64,000 nucleotides of DNA from Lama glama (lineage: Eukaryota). Location: assembly GCA_028534125.1 (NCBI GenBank), contig CM052816.1, positions 39,868,001-39,932,000 of the forward strand. The letters run 5' to 3'. Positions 53,136-64,000 of the stretch are shown in pieces; positions within the stretch are counted from its first letter, which is position 1; each line of letters begins with the position of its first letter. The notes beneath the pieces were generated by a model, which was not told the origin of the DNA, did no database searches, and saw only the letters and a program-made list of their open reading frames with translations. The position numbers and the translations under genes are program-made.

Positions 53136-54319
53136 GATATGACCTGCACAGGTATGTCAGCCCCTTTTCTGCAGTTACAGAAATTTGAGCAGAGATTCAA
53201 AAAATTCGATTACTCTCCACCCATAGCACTGATTTACTCACTGTTCTTTACTCTCAGTGAGGTAACTTATCTCCATCTTTTATATGCTAGGATATTGGCA
53301 GTAATTATAACCAGATACAACCTTTTTATTCTCTTTGGGGTTTGAGATGTAGGCATCCTCTGCTCCCTAACAGAGATGCTGCAATCCACACTTGTTAAAC
53401 AGGCTCTCTCAGTCATGGTTGACAGGTTCAGATACAAAAATATAGAGTAGGCATTGCCACTAGGAAAATGAACAATTCCTTGGCCCAGCAAACATTTATG
53501 CAAGGGTTCTGTGACCCAGGGAGCCAAACATGTAATCCATGGATCTTACACAAATTCCTTGTTCTTAACTCACAAATTCCCTTTGTCCTTTCATACATCT
53601 AAGATTTTCACTGTCCAGTGTCTAAAAAACCTTTGTTCCAGGCTATGTTCTCACAGACACCTCAACACTTTACTCTAACTCTACTGAATGTCATGCACCC
53701 CCATATCTCTCATATGCTGAGAATTTTAGCTTTTCTTTTGCTCACTCAGCTTTTCTCTATATAGCACTTTTTCTTATTTCTCTTTCTCTCATTTTTCTAC
53801 TAATCCTGTATCACAAAAAGCCCAAACCATGTTTGCAAAGTTCAAAATAGAAGCAACTGAGTAGAAAGTTTAGAAGATAGAAGGAGGGAAAATGCACTTG
53901 TTAGTATACGTGTTACTTATCAAGGTCATTTTGGGAGCAGTGGCGGGGGGTGTTGGTTTAATATAGTGGAGTTGTAAACCAAGAAAAAGAAGGATTTTCG
54001 TCTGGTGACTTGTAGCCAGATGAAGAGTCCTAATACTAGCAATTCTAGGGGTCACAGCAGGAATGCATAATTTTCATACTGCCAAGAAAAGAAGTGCTGG
54101 GGTTACTGTCTGTGTATCATTCTGCAAAACCAAAATTTGCTTTCTAATTTCTATGAACACAAACTGAATTTTGGAAATCTTATTCTCCGTAAAACAAATG
54201 AAACATGTAAAACAGTTAATCATTTGCTTTTGACCTGATAGAATGTGATAGCAACATAAGGGGATGAACAGGATTTGGGGCCTAAAGACTTGCTTTTAAT
54301 CGGGTCTCTTCTCCATGTT

Positions 54320-54470
54320 AGCTTGTGTGGGCTCAAACAAATTTCCAAACTGCTCAACAATTTTCTTATATGTAATGAGAAATTTCTCATTAACCTTGTA
54401 GAATTGCTGTGAGAATTAAACATAATATGTATTAAGCACCTAACAGAGTCTGACACCTAGTATGTACGTG
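54320..54470 (+). mobile_element. MIR SINE remnant
   Basis: ttttcttatatgtaatgaga...ccttgtagaattgctgtgagaattaaa...taagcacctaacagagtctgacacctagta. Confidence 0.7.
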
Positions 54471-55683
54471 ATGGATGGCACTAAAATTTCTTTATGTACT
54501 TAGTTTTTTGATTAGTTAAATATCTATTTAGGTATATATGCAATTTTGTTGATGTAGTCACTTACTCATAATGGACAAATCTGGCTGATATACTACATGG
54601 GTATGAAGAATACGTTTGTTTATCATTATTACCTTTACAATGTTTTTTGCGTTTTATTATTGGAAGAAATCCCAAATGTCTAATGGAAATCTGAAAAGAA
54701 AAAAATAGAAGAAAAAATTGAATTTGTTAAGATTACTAATCAGATACTGCATGAATAACTATCTCTGTGTTATATAACTCTAAACACCTTGATAAAAGCT
54801 GACCCAAGACTTCTTAAAGTTAAATTATAGATGTGATTAAACCAATGATCATTATAAGAACATTAATTAATACTGCCACTTTGGGCCACATGATTCAGCC
54901 TTCTTTAATAAGTTTCATAGGTCAGAAGCTCTCAAATGAGCTAACCAGGAATTCCTGAGTAGGTCATCACATGAGCATTCAAAGTCAATGGAGCAGAGCA
55001 ATATGAAATTAAACTCTATATTTACACACACATCTTTTATTAGGCATGTATTTACTCAAATTATGGAAAATATTGAAAAGCTTGAATGAAACCATGCATG
55101 TTATCTCTGCTTAAAGTAAAGAACAACTTCATGAATCTTTGCGGTAAAAATGCTGTTTTTCTAAGCTCAAGTAACTTCAGAGTTTCACCACCAAAATGAG
55201 CATCATTATTTCAGACTAGCAAGATGCTTTTGCTCAGTTCTAATCTATCAATGTCATGCTCATTGCATAAAAAATTTACATTTTAAGGTGTTTATCTGTT
55301 GGTCAGATAGATATTAAACCTATACCCTGAAATAGTTGAAAATATTGAAAATACAGAGATGTTAGTTGTGTTAAGTAAAATTTAGAGAGGGAAGATTGCA
55401 TGAACATTCCAAAATGTACTTTCATTTGGGAGGATTTGTTTGGGTTGCCTCACGTTGTCTGCATTTCTGTTCCACATTAGTTCATGTATACCTTATGACT
55501 AAATATACTGCAAAATATATTAAAAAAATATGGTTTGAAAAATTTATCTGGAAAAAAGCACTATTAGGAAAATGAGTTAAATGCTTGAATTAAATAATAA
55601 ATAAGGTTCATCTCCTTCCCTCTGTACCCTACAATAGCTGAAGCTCAGGGGCTAAAAATATACATGAGCACTGGCAGATGCTC

Positions 55684-55923
55684 AGTTAATAAATTTTATT
55701 AATTAACATTTAATTAGTTGTCTTTCAAAATGTAATATTATTTTCTCATTTTTAAGCACCTTTTTGAGCAAACTCTGTGTTCAAATATTAAGGAAATTTA
55801 AAAAATTAATAGTCTATCAAATAAAATATAAACTCTCAAATGTTGAAGAATTTTTTCATTCTGAAGTGCTCTGACCATAGGAACACTTAATTCCTTAATT
55901 TTAACAGTTTGTATGAGTTGCAG
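55684..55923. repeat. Copy B of the old dispersed ~240-bp duplication (partner 52889-53135)
   Basis: Same collinear blocks as copy A, in direct orientation, ~2.8 kb downstream. Confidence 0.75.
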
Positions 55924-56264
55924 TAATCACATTTTATATAACCTTAGTTAGAACAAGAAAAATATAGGGAGGAAATTTCTAAGTAACATTGGCATCATTA
56001 CAACTGTTAAATCATAACTAAGCTGATCAAGTTTAGAAATAAAAGAAAATATGTGTTTGAATTGGTAGTCTTATAAAGTTTTAAAAGAGTTGTTGAAATC
56101 TGTACATAATACTTCTTTCTTCAAATCAACTGGCATAGTGTTCTGTCTGCAAAGGACACAAGAATAAAATGTATGTTTAGGGTGACCCCAAGGAATGATC
56201 CTATCATACCGTTTAAAATCAGCACCCTTCCAAATCTGTGAATTTTAGAGTCACCGCCTCAATT

Positions 56265-57035
56265 TCTATGAAATAGCCTGCTGTTTTCATTGAAATTGAA
56301 TTGAATCTATAAATCAATTTGAGGCAATTGAGGTATGAAGAGTATTTTTTCAAACCATTAACACATTTTTTCTTAATTTCTCAGTAAAGTTCTTATATTT
56401 TGGTATAGCTGGATAAGCATGACTTTTTAGACAGATATCAAGATTAAACAGAAATTTTTAAATTTTGTTTTTCAATTATCTATTGCTAATATACAGATAT
56501 ATTGAGTTCCAATCTTGACCTCAAACTCTGTAAACCCTTTAGATTTTCTATGAGAACTATTATGTTGTATGAACTCAGATTAATGCCTTCCTTTCTAATT
56601 TTATACTTTTTTTTCTTTTTCTCTGTGTACTGACTAGGATCTCTTTATAATGTTTGATAGGAGAGGGAGAGTAGATATCCTTGACTAGTTCCTTACTTAG
56701 AAGAATTTAAATAGTTTAATAATTCACCAATTATTGAGTAATTTAGCTGTAACATCTTTTATATGTCACTTTTTAGATTGAGGAAATTTCCTTCTAACCC
56801 AAATCTGCTAAGAGTTCTTTTCATTTCATCATGAATGAGTGTTAGATTTTTTCAGTTGCCTTTTCTGCCTCTATTGAGACCAATCTTTTATTTTTTTCTA
56901 TAATTCTATTAATGTGGTCAGTTACATAATTGAACGTCAAGTATTTTTTAACTTGCATCTGTGAGAAAAACACACTTGTTCATGATACAGTTCCTTTTTT
57001 TTTGCATATTACTGAATTCATCTTATGAATCTGTT
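56265..57035 (-). mobile_element. Old L1 ORF2 fragment (L1ME-like)
   Basis: cctgctgttttcattgaaattgaattgaatctataaatcaattt...agattgaggaaatttccttctaaccc...gccttttctgcctctattgaga. Confidence 0.75.
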
Positions 57036-57353
57036 GGGGGTTTTTTGGTGGGAAAGAGGATTTGAGTCTTTACAGCCTGGCATCCAATTATTAGAAATGA
57101 AAATATCTGGAAGATTTCATGAATGAAGTTTATGGCATAAAAACAAATATTTGGAAAAATGATATAAGACTCTATTTCAGTGGAAGAAATGAAATAGTAG
57201 GTATTGACAGACGTAGGGGGAAATGTCGATGTAAAGCAAGGTGGTGTTGTCCTTGAGGGAAGACATCTTTTTTACTGCAAACTCAACTCATTATTCCACA
57301 ACTTGGAATAGGGGAAACTTAGAATCCTAGCTAAATTTCAGAATCTACTTGTT

Positions 57354-57434
57354 AAAAAAAGAAAGAACGGAAGAAAGGAAAGGAAAGGAAAGGAGAGGGG
57401 AGGGGAGGGGAGGGGAAGGAAGGGAAGGGAAGGA
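57354..57434. repeat. Polypurine tract (GGAAA)n/(GGGGA)n/(GGGAA)n
   Basis: About 80 nt of almost pure A/G pentamer repeats. Confidence 0.92.
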
Positions 57435-60400
57435 CAACAATAACAAAACAGAGACTTCCCCTTTACTATAAAACTTGGTAGGCACTGGCCCCTTTCCCAG
57501 AGTCCCTATGTAGCAACAGATGGCTAGAAATACATACCTGGCTCAGTGAGATAGAAAGGGTCTGAGACACCTCATAAATTGCTCAGGACCCAGAGTGTTA
57601 CAATAGTTTATCTAAAGATTTCTGTTAAGGAGTATGGAAGTATCTGAGAGAAGACCAAGGGATCTAAGAAAGGTCATGTCTGGGTGTAGCAGGAGGCATA
57701 GTGACTTGCATGGGAACAGGAGCGTTGCATAGAAATGTTAATCAAACCAGCAGTGAAAGAATATGATGACTAATTGTCATTTGCCCTTCTATGTTCAGAT
57801 CACCCAGAACTTCAATTCAAGTGCAAGGAAATAAAAAGGAGGAACAGGAAATAAGCCATTCACTAAAAAAACCTCAGAATTCACTAATTTATTTGCATTG
57901 ATGAGATTAAGTTTCTGCCACTAAATGAACTAGCACATTAAGATCAACATTGTATTCAACTATGTAAAAAATGAAGCTAGTTGTATTTAAATACATTATT
58001 TTCTGAAATGAGAAATTCCTACAAATGATAAATAATTAGTTGAATCTTTCCTATTTTTTATTTCTTTTGTGACCAAGAAAATTATTTTGTTTAACCTGTA
58101 TTTCAGCTTCATCTATGTATTTTCTTTCTTTGCCTCCATGACTGCTAAAGCAGAGGTTGGCTTACTTCAGTCTTTCCTAACAGGGATATCAGCCTATTTT
58201 TAGATGTTTAAAAAACAGTTGTAATACTAGACTGTACTCTTTGCAAAGAAGATGCTGCATTTAAACCTATTTGAAAGAGACTTTTTAAAAATCTTATGCA
58301 TGCTCTCCACATACTTGAGTAATTTTTCTTGCAAACCATTGCACATGTCTTTTCTCAACCTGTCATTTACTTACTTATTTATTTTAATTAAAATATAATT
58401 GATTACTGTGTTGTTAGATTTGGGTTGGATTTGTTTACCTTGATAAGCATTTCTGAAATGCATAAGTAAATAGAAGAATCCTTAGTTCTTATTACATTAT
58501 TTTCATTATTAGAAGATAATATTAAAAATATTTGCTTAAAGATATGAGTGAAACAAAAAGAAATTATTCTAATTAATTAATAGATGGTGTTGGATTGGTT
58601 CATAGAACATTAACTTTTGAGTGGCTCTTCCTAAATGCTCTGAGCTCCTTTAGCAGGAAATGCAAGTGCAGGGACACCTTCAATGTGCTGTTTCTAGCAT
58701 ATTGTTTTCTTTCATTTCTCAGCAAGTAAGTTGAGGTTCCTGGACACTGAGTTAACCAGAGTAACTGTCAATTTGAGGTTCTGTTCTATGTTTTAGTTAT
58801 AAGCACCTGTGATAAACTGGACAGCTCAAAGTACCAGGTCTATAACCCTTTAGGAATAATGTTTGGGAAATAAAGTAACTTTAAGAAAGTATAGAGTTGA
58901 TAAAGGTGAATTAAAATTACACAAATAGTTTAAAACAGCATAAATTCAGGCTGCTAGTAGAAAACTAAAATAGAACAGGAAATGCTGGTTGATACTGGGA
59001 TTTGTTCCATGTGTTTTACAAATTTTACTTAGCAACTGAGTTTTATAAACATGTTTAAAGTTTATTAAACCATTTATGACAATGAAAAAATTGTCCAAGT
59101 ACTTCAGAAGGTTATATTAACAGATAAATAGAGCATAACTATTTACTGATAAATATGATTGCATTGAAAAACTGTATTTATTCAAATATTTTATAATTTG
59201 TAACTTTCGAGTAGCAAATTAATTTTTATATCTTGCTTTCAGTGATATTTTACTGTATTGCCTACCTTTTATGTTGTATTTTATTTTGCCAACTGATGGT
59301 AACCAGTAACTCATTCATATTGATTTATATGATGTGGACATTTGAAAATCATTTAAAAAGAAAAAAATAATTTGTTATGCAACACAAAGCAACATGAACA
59401 AAATCTTTACTTTTGGTTCAGTAGATTTCTAAGGAAATATATTCACAGAATAAACTCCTGTATTTAATACGATAGATAATTTATACAATAGATGATACCA
59501 GTTATTTAAAAGCAAGGTCTTTGTAGCTTACTCTGCAATTTATTAACCTATTGTTAGGAACAGACTAATCCTTTGATATTAATTCATGAAACTTAATTTG
59601 AATAATTCACTTGCTAATTTATTCATAAAGCAGAAGGATAATAATGATGAGTTCTTCTTAATGTTTTTCACATGTCATTCAATACTTTGATGTACTTAAA
59701 ATGTAACTCTGAAAATGGATAAATATTCCTTCAAGTTTTTGATCTCTTTAATACAGACATTTTCAAATCATTTAAAAAACTTCAGAAAAAGAGCAGTAAC
59801 TGTACTCTACTTAGATTATTCTAATATAAAATAAACTTAAAATAATACGGAATTGAAAAAAGGACTAGGAATTTTCCCTGAGATATGGAGGAAAACTATA
59901 ATTAAAACCCAAAACGTAAGACCTTTAAGAAAAGCTTAAAGTTTATATTAGGGTGATCTAATAAATTGTAAAGTAAATAAGAAGTTACTTAAATCATAAA
60001 ATAGGTAAAGATCACCCATGGTCAACATAGGCTTGTGGATTCTATAGAAGTAAATATTTCAAACTCAACAATTAGATGATGGAATGAAGAGTTTTCTTTT
60101 GCTTGTGTTAACATCTGTAAACAAATCTGGCAGTGAGATTTATCATACAGCTTTCCAAAAATTGAAAGGCACCATCTAATTATAAAGGTATTAGGAGTAT
60201 CTTCATTCTTTATTATTCTAATAATTATTATTCTAATAATGTTTTATTATTATTCTAATAATATGTATGTCTTTTCTGCCATATTTCCATAAAACTCTAT
60301 AATATAGATTTTTTTACTGACTACTGAAAAGTAAGCAGTGGCCTCAGTTAATGTATATCACTTTTTGAGCAGTCCTCAGAAACAACCCAGACCCTGCAGG

Positions 60401-60551
60401 ATAAACCTCCAAAAACTGACTTCTTTTGCTTTAGTCACTGACTGTGATACATGCCTCAGTCCTCTTGAGCTACACATCTCATCACTCAACCAAGTACCTG
60501 CCATGGGAGTTCAGGAACCAGGCCTTCAAGGGAACTGGCTAGTCCCCCTTT

Positions 60552-60774
60552 AAGGGGTTCTGCCAATTAGCAAACTGAAACTAGCCCACCTAGCCTACTC
60601 CCTGTTTTTATATATGAAGCTTTATTAGAAAACAGCCACATCCTTCTGTTTACATATGGTCTGCAGCTTCTTTTGTGTTATAACAGAAGGTGAATAATTA
60701 CAACAGAACCTGTATGGCTTGCAAAGCATAAATTTCATATCTAGTCCTTTACAGAAAAAGTTTTCTGATTTCTG
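60552..60774. mobile_element. MER58A-like hAT-Charlie MITE
   Basis: cctgtttttata...gctttattagaaaacagccaca...tgtttacatatggtctgcagct...tagtcctttacagaaaaagttttctga. Confidence 0.75.
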
Positions 60775-60799
60775 CTATATAACATTGAGATAAACTAAT

Positions 60800-61130
60800 T
60801 ATTACTCTAACAAAACATGGATTAATTTCAAAAACAATGTTGACTAAAAGGAACTTGAAATATTGTAAGATTTCCTTTACCTAAAATTCAGTGAAGAGGC
60901 AAATCAAATAGTTGGTGTCCCAGTTAGTTTAGGATTATCTTTGCGGGGGAGTGTTGACTAGAAGGCATGCAAGGAGCACCGCTTGTACAATGGGAATATT
61001 CAACTTCTTGGTTTTGTTGGCAGTTACCAAAGTGTATTTACTTTGTGAAAACGTGCTGAGCTATAAGCTTATGATTTGTGTACTATTAAATACATATGTT
61101 ATACTTCAACCAAAATTTGAAAAGATAAAG
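60800..61130 (+). mobile_element. Old L1 3' end (L1ME-like)
   Basis: aacatggattaatttcaaaaacaatgttga...gactagaaggcatgcaaggag...tgatttgtgtactatt...atatgttatacttcaa. Confidence 0.65.
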
Positions 61131-62299
61131 GAAGTAAAATGTCATAGAAAGAATGCTTGAATCTATTCACACCATTATACTCAAAATGTGAGTAAGTCGT
61201 AAAGGATAACTTGTATAAGAACTGATAGCATCATGAAGTTGAAAGGCTTTTCTGTGTCAAGTGCATGAGGCTAGTCTGAGTTGAACTTAGTTCAAGTGCT
61301 CTATGCCTCCAGTCCCCTTCCATAGAGTGAGTACAGTGGTTGGGGTAATATGCAAAGTCATTTTTAGCAAGTATACTCAGGTATATGTGGAAAATCTATA
61401 GATGAGGAGTAGTGCTATGATTCAGGAATATTAAGGTCATCTTGCTTGCCATTCATGACTTGTATGACATACAAACATAGAACCCAGGCTTCAGAGAAAA
61501 ACCTCAATACTTCACTTCTCAGACAAGCAAGAAATGAAAAATCTGTCACTCAACATTTATTCACAGAAGGAGTGGCTACAAAAGGGCATATCCTGGAATT
61601 AGCCTATGACCTTTGAGAACACAGTAAAAGGGAAAATATATAAATAAATTCTGGAACCAATGGGAAAAGGACAAAATGTTAAATATAGAGCACACTGGAC
61701 AGAGAAAAACAACTTCCCAAGGCAAACAGTCCCCAATTAAGGTCATTAAAAAAGTACCAGAGTTTGGGGCAGAAAGTAGAGCTGAGAAGTATCAGTGCAC
61801 AAAAGGGAAACTCTTTTATAGTACACTTGTGAATTTTCCTAAGAGCAAAATTGTATCTGCTAAGGGTGCTCAACAGGCTTTGATAGTAATTTGCTTCAGT
61901 CACTACTGTTAGTGAGTTAGTGTCCTGTATAGTAAGAGCAAAGAATTATTTCAAAATACATATTTCAGTTCTGAAAATGTATGCTCATTTTAACACTTTG
62001 ATTCATATAAAACCATGGCACAACTAAATAAGTGCTGCTAAGAACTAAATAAGAGATAGCTAGAGGAGAAAAATACACATCCACATGATAAAGTCAGAAG
62101 TACTTATATTCCCACTCATACAGTTTAAGAAATTTTAAAAATGATAGCTATGCACAAAATATTTAATTCTGTCCCACCAGAAGTAATGATTTTTATTTAA
62201 GTAATAATTGATTTAACAAATATTATATCCTACTGTGTTCCAATTTCTATAGAAAAAGCTACAGGGAAAAAACTTTATGAACAACAGTGACTGAACGAA

Positions 62300-62606
62300 G
62301 ACACACATGAACTTATTTACAAAACAGACTCACAGAAAATAAAATATATGGTTACCTGGGGGGAAAGGGAGTGGGAAGGGATAAATTGGGAGTTTGAGAT
62401 TTGCAAATATTAACTACTATACATAAAATAAATACACAAGTTTCTTCCGTATAGCACAGGGAACTATATTCAATATCTTGTAGTAATCTATAATGAAAAA
62501 GAATATGAAAACAAATATATGTATGCACATATATGGCTGAAATATTATGCTCTACACCAGAAATTGACACAGCATATAAACTGACTATACTTCAGTAAAA
62601 TAAAAC
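62300..62606 (+). mobile_element. Second short L1 3' end of the same cetartiodactyl/camelid-like family as 35418-35842
   Basis: atgaacttatttacaaaacagactcacaga...gggataaattgggagtttgagatttgc...gtatagcacagggaactatattcaatatcttgtagtaa...acaccagaaattgacaca...aactgactatacttca. Confidence 0.9.
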
Positions 62607-62619
62607 TCCTCAACAAAGA

Positions 62620-63295
62620 AACAGACATGTAGCACATTATAGCAATTCTTAAGTTTTACTTGTTATCAAACCAGACATAAGGACTAAAATCAAAAAGTCT
62701 GACAATTCAAAATGTTGGTGAGGATATAAAGCAAATGGAATCCTCATATACTGCAGCTGGGAATGTAAAAGTGGACTACACTTTAGAGAATTCTTTGGCA
62801 GTTTCTTTTGAACATACATTTACACTAAACTTTGCGATTAATCTCCATGAAACTATATGCTTATAAAAGTATATTAATAGCAGCATTATTTGTAAGAGCT
62901 GGCAATTGCAAAAAACAAAACAAGAGTTGTTCATTAACAAGAGAATAGATAAATGAGTTATGGCTCAACCATACAATGAAATAACATTTAGTAATATAAA
63001 AGAATGAGCTTCTGATGACTGAACTTCAAGACCTCAAGACATGATTTCAAATAAAAGAAGCCCAACATGAGAAAGCAAGTAAAATTAATTATCGGTGGTA
63101 GAAGTTAGAAAGTTGCTGCCACTAGGTTCATAAGGGTGGGGAAAGTAGCTCTAAAGGGACACTGAAGAAAAAATCCAAGGTGATGCAAATAGTTTTTATT
63201 TTCTTCTACATGGTAGTTATTTGGGGCTATGTAATTGTCAATTTCACCAGAAGACTTGTGCATTTTACTGCTTGAAAACATACTTTGATTAAAAA
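62620..63295 (+). mobile_element. Old L1 3' region (L1ME/MC-like)
   Basis: ctgacaattcaaaatgttggtgaggatataaagcaaatggaatcctcatatactgcagctgggaatgtaaaa...agaagacttgtgcattttactg. Confidence 0.75.
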
Positions 63296-64000
63296 TGTAA
63301 GTCTTCTGGTGTTTAGGATATAAGAACACTGTTTCGTACTTTTTGGGAAGGCATGTGTATCAGGAAAGAAATCTCATTGATTTCTTGTATCCACATTCAT
63401 ATATTTTAGGACTCCCAGAAGATGCTTAGTTCAGGCTTTATGGCTAGTTTCTTTCATATGATAACCTCAGAAAGGCCAGCTACAATGGAAATATAATTAA
63501 ACTATTCTCTTGAGGCGAATTGACAGAGTAGATTTATTTTTCCTTGAGAGCTGATAGAGGATATATTATTTAACTTTACTTACTGTTGTTAGCTATTTTA
63601 AAGAAATATTGCCCTATTTTAGTGTTCAACAGTCTGTAAAGTTTTCAAGGTTGGGGAATAATAATTTTCTCAACCATATTTAGTTTCTCAATATAATTTG
63701 GCCATATGCCAACATTATATCATTCAGGTATATTTTATTGGCAAATTGTTTTGATATATCTTGGTAATCTATTAGAAGAAAAAGCAGTGTTGCTTATGAA
63801 CAGAGGCAGAAAGCTGTTAGTGAGAGATTGCTCTTTCCTGTCTCATTCACCATGGAACTTTATCAGCTGATAAATATTTTGAACTTCACCCAGCATATAA
63901 CAGTCTGATATTATAAATAAGTCAAACAGGCAATGCATTTTGGATGGAGATTTTTAAAAGTAAAATTCAGTATATCTAGATGAATTAGTGGTTTTCACAA

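Noticed and set aside
51900..53160. Small-exon gene of the casein/SCPP or triadin type, suggested by short AG...GT segments
   Set aside because: No signal-peptide exon or consistent reading frame; the 33-nt candidate at 53119-53151 has stops in all frames.
60210..60262. ttattattctaataa repeated three times
   Set aside because: Ordinary AT-rich slippage repeat.
63895..63930. TATAAATA plus GTCAAACA as a core promoter
   Set aside because: Such motifs are frequent in AT-rich DNA and nothing downstream is visible before the window ends.

Overview
AT-rich, CpG-poor mammalian nuclear DNA, intergenic or deep intronic. It is most likely a cetartiodactyl, and the two young L1 3' ends resemble the camelid type; I saw no Alu, Bov-A/BovB, PRE-1 or carnivore SINEs. 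I found no intact protein-coding gene, RNA gene, CRISPR array or prokaryotic system. The ORF track is explained by chance ORFs and repeat remnants. Much of the window is old transposable-element debris (L1, L2, MIR, MaLR/ERVL LTRs, hAT and Tigger DNA transposons) plus microsatellites. Two fossil coding sequences can be read directly. One is a 5'-truncated, disabled GTF3A (TFIIIA) processed pseudogene on the minus strand at ~24.77-25.34 kb. The other is a decayed class-III (ERV-L-like) pol fragment (tether plus RNase H) on the minus strand at ~46.1-46.95 kb, which the ORF track misses. There are also several local tandem duplications (88, 75, 27, 22 and 19 bp units) and an old dispersed ~240-bp duplication. 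I cannot support a new biological system here. Repeat family names come from recalled consensus sequences, and most boundaries are approximate.
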